Positions 29,343 to 39,224 of a DNA stretch of 64,000 nucleotides are shown piece by piece; within the stretch, counting starts at the first letter, position 1; every line of letters starts with the position of its first letter. The stretch spans positions 2,017-66,016 of the forward strand of contig SLOP01000018.1 of NCBI GenBank assembly GCA_007132465.1, read 5' to 3'. Origin of the DNA: Candidatus Izemoplasma sp. (GTDB taxonomy: Bacteria; Bacillota_I; Bacilli_A; Izemoplasmatales; Izemoplasmataceae). The notes below the pieces were generated by a model, which was given only the letters and a program-made list of their open reading frames with translations, made no database searches and was not told the origin of the DNA. The translations under genes and the position numbers were made by a program.

Positions 29343-31379
29343 TTAATAACTTCGTCCGTAATGGCTTTCAAGCCACCCCTCCTGCAAAAGCGCTAGCGCC
29401 GCCTTGGCGATGGTGGGACAAAATTGCGTGCCTTGCATGCGTTCGATTTCCTCGATGATGGCGCTTTTGCTGAGGCGTCGGCGATAGGAACGGTTGGTTG
29501 CCATGGTCGTGATGGCATCGGCAACGGCGATAATCCGAGCCCCGAGGGGAATGTCCTCACCTTTAAGCCCGTCGGGATAGCCTTTCCCGTTGTGCCATTC
29601 ATGATGGTGGCGGACCAGCAGGGCAATGCGACGCAAATCCTGCTGTGAACCGATGGTGTCAAACCCATAGTGTACATGCGCTTTGATAGACGCATACTCC
29701 TCGGGTGTTAAGGAACTTTTTTTATTTAAGATTGCTGCCGAGACGCCAACCTTGCCGATGTCATGCAACAACCCTGCCCAATATAACTCATCGCGTTCGG
29801 ATTCAGGTACCTCAAGTGCCTCGGCAATGCGCACAGACAGCGCGGCTACATCTTCACTGTGTCCCTTGGTGTAGGCGTCAAATAAATCAAGTGTACGCAC
29901 AAACGACACTGCGATCTCTTCTTTGATACGGCTGCTTTGAGTGGCTAAGTGGTTGCGTACGAACAAACTTTGGAAAAGTTCAAAAAAACGTTGAATGTTG
30001 TCTCTTTCCAGCGAAGAAAACCCGATGTTTTCGGTTTTGTCGACGACGACATAGTACGCCAGATTATTGGACAACTTGAACTGGATAATCGCGCGGCTTT
30101 GCAGCGGTGTCGGTTCTTGTAACGCCATAAACGCTTCGCCATAGATGGTCGCAAAAGTTGCGTTCACATTCTGTAAGATGGTGATGGCGTCGCTGGATTG
30201 TTCAGCCAAATGGTGGCATTCATACATAAAAGGAATGCGCGTCGTCGCGTACACATCAGCTCGCAAGACATCGATATGGCCGTCTTCTTCAACGTAGCAG
30301 TACCCGGCCTTTGCCTCTTCCACCAAGCGCTTAGCAATATCAAGCGCCCGTGAGAACTCCCGGGTTAGCGAGGTGCCGCTATGATCACGAATCATGTCTT
30401 TGGAAAACTTCAGCAACGCATAGACATCGTCTAGGAGTTGATCCACTGCCAAATTTTTCTCAGTAATTTCCTGTTGCTGCCCTTCTCGCATGTGTTTATG
30501 GCGAATGATGCCTAGCGTTAGTCCATGGGAAATCGTCACGAACAAGAGCAGATTGACATAGAAAATAAGCACGTCCACAGTAGACCACTGCGCATTGACA
30601 TAAAAACTTGCACCCAGCAGCAACGAAAAGGAGAACACGCCAATGGTACGGATGCTGAAAAGCACACCAATCAACACATAGAAAAGCAACATCATGTAAT
30701 AATCATTACCGAAAGAGAACGGTTCCCACCAGGCGGTTAATAACACCACCATCACGAGCGCGTAACTGAGGATAAACGCCAATGTGAAAAGCAGTTCCTG
30801 TCGTGATTGGATACGCACGGTTTTAGCATCATATCGGTGCGACAAAAACCCAAGCGGCATCAGCAACAACACGCTGAAAAAGACACCGGCGAGCAACGTG
30901 CCGCCATCAACCCAAGGGCCGTGCGTCGCCAACCCAAACAGGACATAGATGGCATAATGCATTAACGCTCCCACAATCGAAACCGCTAAAATCACGCCAA
31001 GGCCTTGCAATAACAACCATCGGAAGAAACGATCATACAGCGCAAGGTAATCACGCTCCCCAATCATACGCACAAACAACTCCACCACCACAAGCAACGT
31101 CACACTTAACAAAAACGAAACCGCCACAGCCACTGGAAATGATTGACCCAACAAAAACATCCGCGCAAAAAACTGACCTAAAAACGCGCCCCAAAGCAAC
31201 GGGGCATAGCGATTTCGACCATAAAACATTACCCACAAAACCGCCATGCCTATGACGGGCATGAACGCTTGGGGCCCGTTTGGGTAAAGGGTGAAACGGA
31301 ACCCAACCAACACAAGCAAAAAGGTGACGCTGCCGATGTAGATCGTCGTTGATTGGAAACGTTGCCGCCACAAAATCAT
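29343..31379 (-). CDS. Polytopic membrane HD-GYP domain protein (probable c-di-GMP phosphodiesterase)
   Basis: About ten N-terminal TM segments, a central GAF-like region, and a C-terminal HD (AGLLHDIGKVG) plus HHEWHNGKGYPDGL. Start trimmed to MILWRQRF (31379). Confidence 0.8.
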   Translation of the reverse strand: MILWRQRFQSTTIYIGSVTFLLVLVGFRFTLYPNGPQAFMPVIGMAVLWVMFYGRNRYAPLLWGAFLGQFFARMFLLGQSFPVAVAVSFLLSVTLLVVVELFVRMIGERDYLALYDRFFRWLLLQGLGVILAVSIVGALMHYAIYVLFGLATHGPWVDGGTLLAGVFFSVLLLMPLGFLSHRYDAKTVRIQSRQELLFTLAFILSYALVMVVLLTAWWEPFSFGNDYYMMLLFYVLIGVLFSIRTIGVFSFSLLLGASFYVNAQWSTVDVLIFYVNLLLFVTISHGLTLGIIRHKHMREGQQQEITEKNLAVDQLLDDVYALLKFSKDMIRDHSGTSLTREFSRALDIAKRLVEEAKAGYCYVEEDGHIDVLRADVYATTRIPFMYECHHLAEQSSDAITILQNVNATFATIYGEAFMALQEPTPLQSRAIIQFKLSNNLAYYVVVDKTENIGFSSLERDNIQRFFELFQSLFVRNHLATQSSRIKEEIAVSFVRTLDLFDAYTKGHSEDVAALSVRIAEALEVPESERDELYWAGLLHDIGKVGVSAAILNKKSSLTPEEYASIKAHVHYGFDTIGSQQDLRRIALLVRHHHEWHNGKGYPDGLKGEDIPLGARIIAVADAITTMATNRSYRRRLSKSAIIEEIERMQGTQFCPTIAKAALALLQEGWLESHYGRSY

Positions 31380-31507
31380 GCGCTCACCACCCTTCGTATC
31401 TAGCCACATTATACCACATATGTCACCGTCAAACTTTTCGACGTTCTCGTTTATTTCCCCGCCGAGGTGTGATATAATGTTACTCACCCGAAAGAGGAGG
31501 GATTGTT

Positions 31508-32395
31508 ATGAGCTTAACTTTATACCGCGTAAGCGCCTTCCCACGCGGCAATTTCGGTGGCAACGAAGCCGGTGTCGTGCTTGACGCACAAGGCCTTTCA
31601 GACACGCAAATGCTGGAAATCGCCCGTCGTGTCAACTTCTCGGAGACCGCATTCGTGCTTCCAAGCGACACCGCTGACTACCGTCTGCGGTATTTCAGTC
31701 CAACCCTGGAAGTGCCGCTGTGCGGACACGCCACCATCGCGACCTTTAACTTGATGCGAAACCTCGACATGCTCAACAAAGACCACTACACCATCGAAAC
31801 CCGCAAAGGCATTTTGGACGTGCATGTGCGTGAAGGCAACGTCACGATGCAAATGAAAAAACCCACGTACGACGAGCCGCTTGATAAAGCTGACGTCGCT
31901 GCGCATCTCGGCATCGATCCTTCCATCATCAACGACCTTCCCATCCAAGTGGTGTCCACGGGGATCCGGGAAATATTCATGGGCGTTCATTCCCGTATCG
32001 CCTTAGAAAACCTCAATGTATCAACCGAAAAAATCGTTTCCTTATGCGAACGCGTCAATGCCGAAGGGCTTTATATTTACACCTTCGAATCGGTTGAAGG
32101 CGGTGACGCGCACGGCCGTAATTTTATCCCGATGGTCGGCATCGTCGAAGAAAGCGCCACCGGCACGGCATCCGGCGCGCTGGCTTGTTACCTCAACGCA
32201 CACCATGACGCCGACATGACATCCTATGTCTTCGAACAAGGATACACGATGTATAAACCCTCACGCATCACCGTGCAACTACACAAAGAAGCAGGCCGCA
32301 TCACCGGCGTCTATGTCGGTGGCACGATGCGGTTAATCGATAAAATCGTCGGCTTCATGCCAAGCGACCAAGATGACACCCAACCCACTGCCTAA
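31508..32395 (+). CDS. PhzF-family isomerase-like protein
   Basis: FGGNEAGVV, FSETAFV, PLCGHATIA and EESATGTASGALACYL blocks are typical of PhzF/YddE. RBS AGAGGAGGG. Confidence 0.85.
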   Translation: MSLTLYRVSAFPRGNFGGNEAGVVLDAQGLSDTQMLEIARRVNFSETAFVLPSDTADYRLRYFSPTLEVPLCGHATIATFNLMRNLDMLNKDHYTIETRKGILDVHVREGNVTMQMKKPTYDEPLDKADVAAHLGIDPSIINDLPIQVVSTGIREIFMGVHSRIALENLNVSTEKIVSLCERVNAEGLYIYTFESVEGGDAHGRNFIPMVGIVEESATGTASGALACYLNAHHDADMTSYVFEQGYTMYKPSRITVQLHKEAGRITGVYVGGTMRLIDKIVGFMPSDQDDTQPTA

Positions 32396-32400
32396 ACATG

Positions 32401-32427
32401 CGCCGCACTTAAGAGTGCGGCGTTTTT
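32401..32427 (+). terminator. Rho-independent terminator after the phzF-like gene
   Basis: CGCCGCACT-TAAG-AGTGCGGCG followed by TTTTT. Confidence 0.85.
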
Positions 32428-32567
32428 AATGCTTGAATGTCTTATCACTCAGCGGCGTCGATCCGATCATCATTGGTATAGCACCACCGGCGTTGATAAT
32501 CACAGAAAAAAACACTACACCCACCGATAAAAATGGTACAATATGACTAAGAGGGGGTATGTATCTT

Positions 32568-35273
32568 ATGTCACACAACGCATCGCGCAAAAACAACCTC
32601 GAGCGCCGCTTTGGTGCGCTCGTGCAAAAGCACGTCGACACCGATCAACGCGTGTCGGCGCTCGACGCCTTATACGAACACAACGCATCCACTGTCGATG
32701 GCGTCCTTACGACAGATCTTGCTCGCTTCGACGAAGCACTCAAGACATTAGAAAAAGACCACACAAACACCATCAAAAACCTTGATCGGGAGCACGAAAA
32801 AAGGTCCAAGTCGCTCATGCGTGCCCGCGATTCGGCAGACAGCGAACTCGACCAAACAACCCATGAGCTGGTTGAAGCGCTGGAAAAAAAGCAAACGCTC
32901 AACGACCTAAAGGCACAAAAAATTGATGACGAGTATCGCATCGCCCTAAGCCACATTGATCGCCGTGAGCGCGAACGCCAACAAACCCTTGATAAACGGG
33001 TCGAAAACGAAACAAAAACCTTCTACGATCGCACCGTCGAACTCGAAAAAACGACGGCGATTGCCGTGGACAACCTCGACCAACGCATCAAGGAAAAAAC
33101 GCTGGCGATTACCGAACGACTCGACAAACACAACGATGAAACCGAGCACGCGCTCGCCGAGATTGATCAACGCGTGCAAACGGTGCTGCGAAACACCCGC
33201 CGTGACGTCAAAGATCTTAAAGCAGCCTACGTCGAGGCAAAAAAACCGAAAGACGCCGACATAGAGTCACAAAAAGAAGCGCAGTCAAACGCACGCACCG
33301 AGGCCGAAAAAGAACACGATGAAGCCATCAATAAAAACATTCGCTACCGCAATGAAAAGGAAAAACTGGACGATAAAGATGGCGTCGCGCGCTACAACAA
33401 AACCATCAAGCAACTTCGTAAGACCAAGGAAGACGCCCTTGATCAACTCGATAAAACCCACCAAGAAGCGCAAAAACCGCTAGAAAAAGACCGTGACGAC
33501 CTTGTCAAAGCCTACGAAGAGCGCTTTTTCAACCTGAAAAAACAAGCCGTGGAGACGCTAAGGAATCTGTTAATTGAACGCGCGCAAACCCACGCTGAAG
33601 CGTTAATGACGGCTAACGCCATCAACATCGAACGCCTCAAAGTTGAAGCCGAACACGAACACCGCAAAGAAACCACGCACATCGATCACGACATCCAACT
33701 GATCAACTTCAATCAAACCCTTGAAGAAGCTCGGCTTAATTATGAGAAAGAAACGGCACGGCTCAAACCCGAATCAGGCATTGAATCGACCGAAGCAAAA
33801 CGTCGCTTTAACCGTGAAAAAAATGCCTTATCGGTGAAACGTGACATCGAAAAAGCCCAACATGAAGCCACCAAAGAAAAAGCTCGGCTCGAACACCAAC
33901 GCGTGCTTAAAGAACTGGAACGCCAACGCGCTGAAGCGGATGTGACGCTTGCCCATGAAAAAACCATGGCTCGTCACCGCCGCCGGTTGGCGCTTTATGC
34001 AAAAGACCTTGACAAAGAAAAACACCATATCAACCGTTACTACCGACACGCTAAAAACTACACAGCGCTTAAAAATGACCATGTCCGGGCCCACGGTCCA
34101 TCCACTCACCTCGCCGTCACCGCGCACCTCGAGACCCAACGAGAAACCTACCGAGCGATGCTCGACAAAGCGGAACACGACCACAAACGCATCATCACCC
34201 GCATCGAAGAAACCTATCGCAACGAGATTGCGATTTACGACGCCGCACTCAAAAAACTTGACCATGACCACGAAGAAGAACTGCGCACGTTGGTCAGCGC
34301 TCAAGCCAAAGAACGAAACAAAGACCTCGAAGCCATCGAAGCCCTTGACGGCAAAAAAGACCGCATCCGCATTCGCAAACTCAAACGCGACCTCGCGCAA
34401 AAGCAAACCAACCACGACGAAGCCGTCGCGATTAAGAAACGCGAACTCGAACAACGCCGCTCGCTTTACACCTCGATGCGGGAAGCAATTAACGCATTTA
34501 AGCTGCAATCCATCGAAGAGGCAGAGACGTTGTTGATGCATGTGCGTGACCAAATACACGGCGCCATGCGTGACCTTGAAAAGGCCGCTGAAAAAGAAAA
34601 AGCGCTTTTCGAACACGTGCATTATGAAATTAAGCACAGCGCCGACCTCTTTAACACTTTCCAGCTTCAACGCCGCGAAGACACGCTCGACAAAGCGACG
34701 CGTTACCACGACCGCCGCGTGGCTGTTGAGAATGAGAAGATTGACGCCTTAATGCGTGAGACGGAAACACGTCGCGCGCGCATCGAAAGCGAAACCGAGG
34801 CAGCGATTCAAAAAATTGATCGCGCCATTGAACGGGTGCTTTCGGACACCGAAGCTCAGGTCAGCAGCCTGCGCGGGCGTGAAAAAGATAACGCCTCGCA
34901 GATCGATCGCAGCGCCGGAGAGGACACGCGCAAACTTAAAGCAAAACTTGACCGCATCGATGAGAAACACGATAAGCGACAAAACGAACTATCGGATACC
35001 AAGAAAAAAGAAAAAGATGCGTGCTTCAAACGGAAAACAAAAGCCGAAGAAGACCTAGAAGCAATGCTCGCGTTGCGCGAAGACGAAAACGAGCAATACG
35101 AGAAAGAGCGTCGGAAGATGCTGGATGAAGACGTAGAGCGCATCACCAACCACGCCGAAAGCATCATCGAGAAACTTCAAAAAGACCCGATTCGCTTACC
35201 GAGAGAAAAGGATTTAGGGAAGTTACTCGACGCTTTACAAGGCGAGGCGACCATTGACACGCTGTTTGCATAA
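32568..35273 (+). CDS. 901-aa cytoplasmic hyper-charged coiled-coil protein, function unknown
   Basis: Long uninterrupted ORF with TGGTACAAT (32534-32542) and RBS GAGGGGG upstream. Composition is dominated by E/K/R/D/H/L/A with heptad-like periodicity. No signal peptide, TM segment or recognisable enzymatic motif. Confidence 0.6.
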   Translation: MSHNASRKNNLERRFGALVQKHVDTDQRVSALDALYEHNASTVDGVLTTDLARFDEALKTLEKDHTNTIKNLDREHEKRSKSLMRARDSADSELDQTTHELVEALEKKQTLNDLKAQKIDDEYRIALSHIDRRERERQQTLDKRVENETKTFYDRTVELEKTTAIAVDNLDQRIKEKTLAITERLDKHNDETEHALAEIDQRVQTVLRNTRRDVKDLKAAYVEAKKPKDADIESQKEAQSNARTEAEKEHDEAINKNIRYRNEKEKLDDKDGVARYNKTIKQLRKTKEDALDQLDKTHQEAQKPLEKDRDDLVKAYEERFFNLKKQAVETLRNLLIERAQTHAEALMTANAINIERLKVEAEHEHRKETTHIDHDIQLINFNQTLEEARLNYEKETARLKPESGIESTEAKRRFNREKNALSVKRDIEKAQHEATKEKARLEHQRVLKELERQRAEADVTLAHEKTMARHRRRLALYAKDLDKEKHHINRYYRHAKNYTALKNDHVRAHGPSTHLAVTAHLETQRETYRAMLDKAEHDHKRIITRIEETYRNEIAIYDAALKKLDHDHEEELRTLVSAQAKERNKDLEAIEALDGKKDRIRIRKLKRDLAQKQTNHDEAVAIKKRELEQRRSLYTSMREAINAFKLQSIEEAETLLMHVRDQIHGAMRDLEKAAEKEKALFEHVHYEIKHSADLFNTFQLQRREDTLDKATRYHDRRVAVENEKIDALMRETETRRARIESETEAAIQKIDRAIERVLSDTEAQVSSLRGREKDNASQIDRSAGEDTRKLKAKLDRIDEKHDKRQNELSDTKKKEKDACFKRKTKAEEDLEAMLALREDENEQYEKERRKMLDEDVERITNHAESIIEKLQKDPIRLPREKDLGKLLDALQGEATIDTLFA

Positions 35274-35295
35274 ACCACAACGTAGAGGGTGACGC

Positions 35296-36840
35296 ATGGA
35301 AAGAAACATTCGAAAAATCCTCACCATTTTCCTGATTATCGCCATCGCCATCGCCGTTCGTTTTGGATTGGAGTTGGCCTATAACGCCGTGATCGCACTC
35401 ATCGACGCGGCGCCTTTTGTCGGATACGCCACGCGAACAGCGTTTGTGTTACTGCTGGTCATCGTTTGGCTGACGGTCGCGTTACGCAGTGACAGCCCCA
35501 CACAGAAAATGCCGTGGTTGTTGCTGCTTTTGTTCGAACCGGTCATCGGCATCGCCCTATTTTTGACCTTCGGACGAAACTTTAAATACAGCCTAAGGTA
35601 TCGCCGGCGCCCGCGTATCCACGATGATTCTTACATCACCAAAGAAGTTCGCGCCGAGGCGGGGGATGTGCAACTGCCCGATGTCGATCCTGACGTGGCG
35701 GCTTTGTTTCACGCCTCACACCGAATCTCTTACCACCAACCTTTTGTCGATGACACGTCGGTGGACGTGTTCCGAAACGGCGAGACTTTCTATCCGGACT
35801 TGCTCGACGAACTCACCCGCGCAAAGCGGTTTATTTTAATGGAGTTTTTCATCGTCCGCAGCGATACGCGTGGCCGCCAAATCATCGATTTATTGATGGA
35901 CAAGGCGGCGGCTGGTCTCGAGGTGAAGCTCATCATGGATGCGCTTGGTAGTTCACGCATCAACCGGTTATATTTACGGAAGATCGAACGCTCAAAAATC
36001 GACCTCATCATTAACGATAAAATTTATTTTCCACTTTTCAACACGCGCATCAACTTCCGAAACCATCGTAAAATTGTCGTCATCGACGGCCAGGTTGGTT
36101 ACACCGGTGGGATGAACCTCGCCGATGAATACGACAACTCAATCGACTATGCATACTACTTTCGTGACACCCAGGTGAAACTGCGTGGAGCGGCGGTAAA
36201 ATCGCTAACGAGCGTGTTCTTTAAAGACTACTACTACAACACCGGCACATTCATTGACAGCGATGATTATTATCCGAAAACGCAAGTGAAAAGCCAAGGC
36301 ATCGTGCAGATTTTGCAATCCGGACCGGACTCACATGAGGCCCATATTCGCAGCGTCTATCTCAAGGCGATCATGACGGCGAAACACTCAATACGCATCA
36401 TGACTCCCTACATGTCCCTCGATCAAGAAACCTTGACGGCGCTGATTATTGCCAAGCGCAGTGGCGTTGATGTTGAAGTCATCATTCCCGGCACGCCAGA
36501 TAAGTATTTGGTGTACAAAGTGACGCAGTACTTCGCCACCATGTTGCTTACGCACACCATCGACGTCTACCGATACGTCAAAGGATTCAGCCATGCGAAA
36601 GTGCTGATTATCGACGATAAAATCGCTTCGGTCGGCAGTTATAACATGAACCACCGAAGCGCGCTAATCGATTTTGAAATCACCGCGCTATTCACCGGCG
36701 ACGCCGTGCAAACGGTGCTTGACCAATACGCCCAAGACAAGATAGATAGCGAGAAAATCGATCCTGTCGCGTGGAAAAAACGGCCGATTTACCACCGTTT
36801 GTTTGAAGTCGCCATGAGCATATTTACGCCAATCATCTAA
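35296..36840 (+). CDS. cls: Cardiolipin synthase (PLD superfamily)
   Basis: Two N-terminal TM helices and two HKD motifs (HRKIVVIDGQVGYTGGMNL and HAKVLIIDDKIASVGSYNM). Confidence 0.9.
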   Translation: MERNIRKILTIFLIIAIAIAVRFGLELAYNAVIALIDAAPFVGYATRTAFVLLLVIVWLTVALRSDSPTQKMPWLLLLLFEPVIGIALFLTFGRNFKYSLRYRRRPRIHDDSYITKEVRAEAGDVQLPDVDPDVAALFHASHRISYHQPFVDDTSVDVFRNGETFYPDLLDELTRAKRFILMEFFIVRSDTRGRQIIDLLMDKAAAGLEVKLIMDALGSSRINRLYLRKIERSKIDLIINDKIYFPLFNTRINFRNHRKIVVIDGQVGYTGGMNLADEYDNSIDYAYYFRDTQVKLRGAAVKSLTSVFFKDYYYNTGTFIDSDDYYPKTQVKSQGIVQILQSGPDSHEAHIRSVYLKAIMTAKHSIRIMTPYMSLDQETLTALIIAKRSGVDVEVIIPGTPDKYLVYKVTQYFATMLLTHTIDVYRYVKGFSHAKVLIIDDKIASVGSYNMNHRSALIDFEITALFTGDAVQTVLDQYAQDKIDSEKIDPVAWKKRPIYHRLFEVAMSIFTPII

Positions 36841-36849
36841 GGAGGCACC

Positions 36850-37764
36850 ATGAAGAGCATTGAAGTGAACAACCTCGTCAAATCCTACGGCGACGTCCGC
36901 GCCGTGAGGGGCATTTCATTCGCCGTCGAAGAAGGTGCGTTCTTCGCCTTGCTCGGGCCTAACGGCGCCGGCAAAAGCACCACTGTGGAAATCCTTGCGA
37001 CGTTGCTCGCGAAGGATGAGGGCACGGTTTCCATCATGGGTGAGACCCTCGATCGTGACGACGCGAAGATTCGTCGCCACCTCGGGGTGGTTTTTCAATA
37101 CGGCACGTTGGATAACGATCTCACCGTTCGCGAAAACCTCGCCGCTCGTGGCGCATTTTACGGTTTGTCTGGTCAAGCGCTTCAAACGCGCATCGCCGAA
37201 CTCGATAAACTGATTGACTTTACATCGTATCTCGACCGACGCATCCGCACGCTTTCGGGCGGGCAACGCCGGAAGGCGGAAATTGCCCGAGCGCTCTTGC
37301 ATCAACCCCGCGTGTTGATGCTCGATGAACCGACCACCGGACTCGACCCTAAAAGCCGTAAAGACATTTGGGCGTTGGTGCTGTCGATCAAAAAAGACAC
37401 GGCGATGACGATTTTACTGACGACGCATTACATGGAAGAAGTGCTCGATGCCGATCACGTCGTGATTTTACACGAAGGCGTGATTCGTGCGGAAGACTCA
37501 GCGGAAAACCTCCGCCTCGCTTACGCGCGAGACACGTTAAAAATCATGCCGAAGCAAGGGTTGTTGAAAAAACTAGATCAAGACGGCGTTGCCTACGAAC
37601 GCATCAACGCCACAGTGCATGTGCCGCTTAAGAACCCGTTTGAAGGGGTGGATTTGGTCGGTCGGCATCGCGAGGCCATCGAAAGCTTTGAAATTGTCAA
37701 AGCCAGCATGGACGATGTGTTTTTAAACATCACTGGCGCATCGCTTGAGGAGGGAACGTCATGA
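36850..37764 (+). CDS. ABC transporter ATP-binding protein (DrrA/ABC-2 type)
   Basis: Walker A GPNGAGKST, signature LSGGQRRK, Walker B LMLDEPTTGLD. Confidence 0.9.
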   Translation: MKSIEVNNLVKSYGDVRAVRGISFAVEEGAFFALLGPNGAGKSTTVEILATLLAKDEGTVSIMGETLDRDDAKIRRHLGVVFQYGTLDNDLTVRENLAARGAFYGLSGQALQTRIAELDKLIDFTSYLDRRIRTLSGGQRRKAEIARALLHQPRVLMLDEPTTGLDPKSRKDIWALVLSIKKDTAMTILLTTHYMEEVLDADHVVILHEGVIRAEDSAENLRLAYARDTLKIMPKQGLLKKLDQDGVAYERINATVHVPLKNPFEGVDLVGRHREAIESFEIVKASMDDVFLNITGASLEEGTS

Positions 37765-38621
37765 TTTTGTCGCTGATTAGACGGCATCTCACCGTATACT
37801 TAAGAGATCGTTGGGCTGTGTTTTTTTCGTTTTTGAGTGTGTTTATTATTCTCGCGTTGTTCATGGTCTTTTTGCGCAGCATGGTGATGAACTGGTACAG
37901 CGATGCGCTAGACCAAAGCCTTGCTGAAATCATGATTAACCACTGGGTGCTTTCAGGCGTGTTGATGGTGGCGACTGTGACTGTCCCCCTTGGATTTCTC
38001 GGCATCATGGTCCAAGACCGTGAAACCAAAGCGATCAACGATTTTTACGTCGCCCCCGTCAACCGCGGTCATATCGTGATCAGCTACTTATTGTCGGCTT
38101 TAATCATCGGCGTTGTGCTCGGCATCTTGAACCTGGCCGTCGGCCAAGTTTACATGCTGCTGGTGTATGGCGATCTTTTGCCGGTTTGGGATTGGTTGCG
38201 TTTGCTCGGGTTGATTGTGATTTCAACGGCGCTTTTTTCAAGTGTGTTCTTCTATGTGGTGACGCTGCTTAAGACGTCAAACAGCCATGGCACCTTAAGC
38301 ACCTTGATCGGAACCCTGATTGGATTTTTAGCGGGCATTTACGTCGTCATCGGAGGGTTGCCTTCGTTTACTCAGACGTTGTTAAGTCTGTTGCCGACGA
38401 TGCACATGGCCAGCGCATTTCGTTTGATCTACATGGACAATGCGTTAATACAGATGGCCGAACACGGCATGAACGTGGAGGCGTTTTCCTTGAACATGGG
38501 CGTTCGTCTTGAGTTTTTTGGGCTGTCACCCGGGCTTTGGGCACTGATCGCCATGGCGTTGGTCTGGACAGCGGTCTTTGTGGCCTTATCGCTGATGCGC
38601 GTTCGCAAGATGAAACGCTAA
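37761..38621 (+). CDS. ABC-2-type transporter permease
   Basis: Six TM segments, with a 4-nt overlap with the upstream ATPase gene. Confidence 0.75.
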   Translation: MILSLIRRHLTVYLRDRWAVFFSFLSVFIILALFMVFLRSMVMNWYSDALDQSLAEIMINHWVLSGVLMVATVTVPLGFLGIMVQDRETKAINDFYVAPVNRGHIVISYLLSALIIGVVLGILNLAVGQVYMLLVYGDLLPVWDWLRLLGLIVISTALFSSVFFYVVTLLKTSNSHGTLSTLIGTLIGFLAGIYVVIGGLPSFTQTLLSLLPTMHMASAFRLIYMDNALIQMAEHGMNVEAFSLNMGVRLEFFGLSPGLWALIAMALVWTAVFVALSLMRVRKMKR

Positions 38622-38676
38622 GTGGCTTCATCTCAGCCGTGAGACATGGTATAATAACCCTGATAAGGAGGACACC

Positions 38677-39213
38677 ATGAGCATACGAAAATTTAGCCAA
38701 GTGACCACCAAGCAAGGCGACCAGGGCACGTCAAAAAACTACTCTAATGAAACGTTTCGAAAAGACGATTTGCTTTTTGAAGCGCTCGGGACCAACGATG
38801 AACTCAGTTCTGTGTTGGGGCTTTGTTTCCACGCAACGGATTACGACCCCATACGAACCATCCAACGGAAGCTGCAAGACATGAACGCCATGATAGCGAC
38901 CAACCCTAAAACGGATCACGCCCGTTACGAGAAACTTGCCAACGTGACCGATGAAGACGTTGAAGATCTCGAAGCGCAAGAAGCGGAGTTGCTTGAGAAA
39001 AAACCAATCGAACCGCGGTTCTTCTTGCCCGGTAGCGACACCAGTTCATCAGGCGCATGGTTTGACTTGGCGCGCGCGGTCGCGCGGCGGGCCGAACGCA
39101 CGCTGGTTCGTTTCATCAACCATCACGCTCGTGAGGATCTCGCCTTAGCCCGTCAGTACCTCAACCGGTTGAGCGACTTACTGTTTATTCTTGCCAGAAA
39201 CGCCGATGTTTAA
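38677..39213 (+). CDS. ATP:cob(I)alamin adenosyltransferase, PduO type
   Basis: N-terminal T.QGDQGTS motif (family pattern TKTGDKGxT) and the C-terminal LNRLSDLLFILAR helix typical of PduO-type ATR. TGGTATAAT and AAGGAGGA lie upstream. Confidence 0.8.
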   Translation: MSIRKFSQVTTKQGDQGTSKNYSNETFRKDDLLFEALGTNDELSSVLGLCFHATDYDPIRTIQRKLQDMNAMIATNPKTDHARYEKLANVTDEDVEDLEAQEAELLEKKPIEPRFFLPGSDTSSSGAWFDLARAVARRAERTLVRFINHHAREDLALARQYLNRLSDLLFILARNADV

Positions 39214-39224
39214 GGAGGGGAACC

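Noticed and set aside
33828-34709. 293-aa ORF antisense to the coiled-coil gene, plus several 60-195-aa ORFs on both strands between 32645 and 35167
   Set aside because: These are phantom ORFs produced by the GAA/AAA/CGC-rich, stop-poor composition of the coiled-coil coding frame. They have no RBS and low-complexity products, and they are fully nested in a longer ORF that has its own promoter and RBS.
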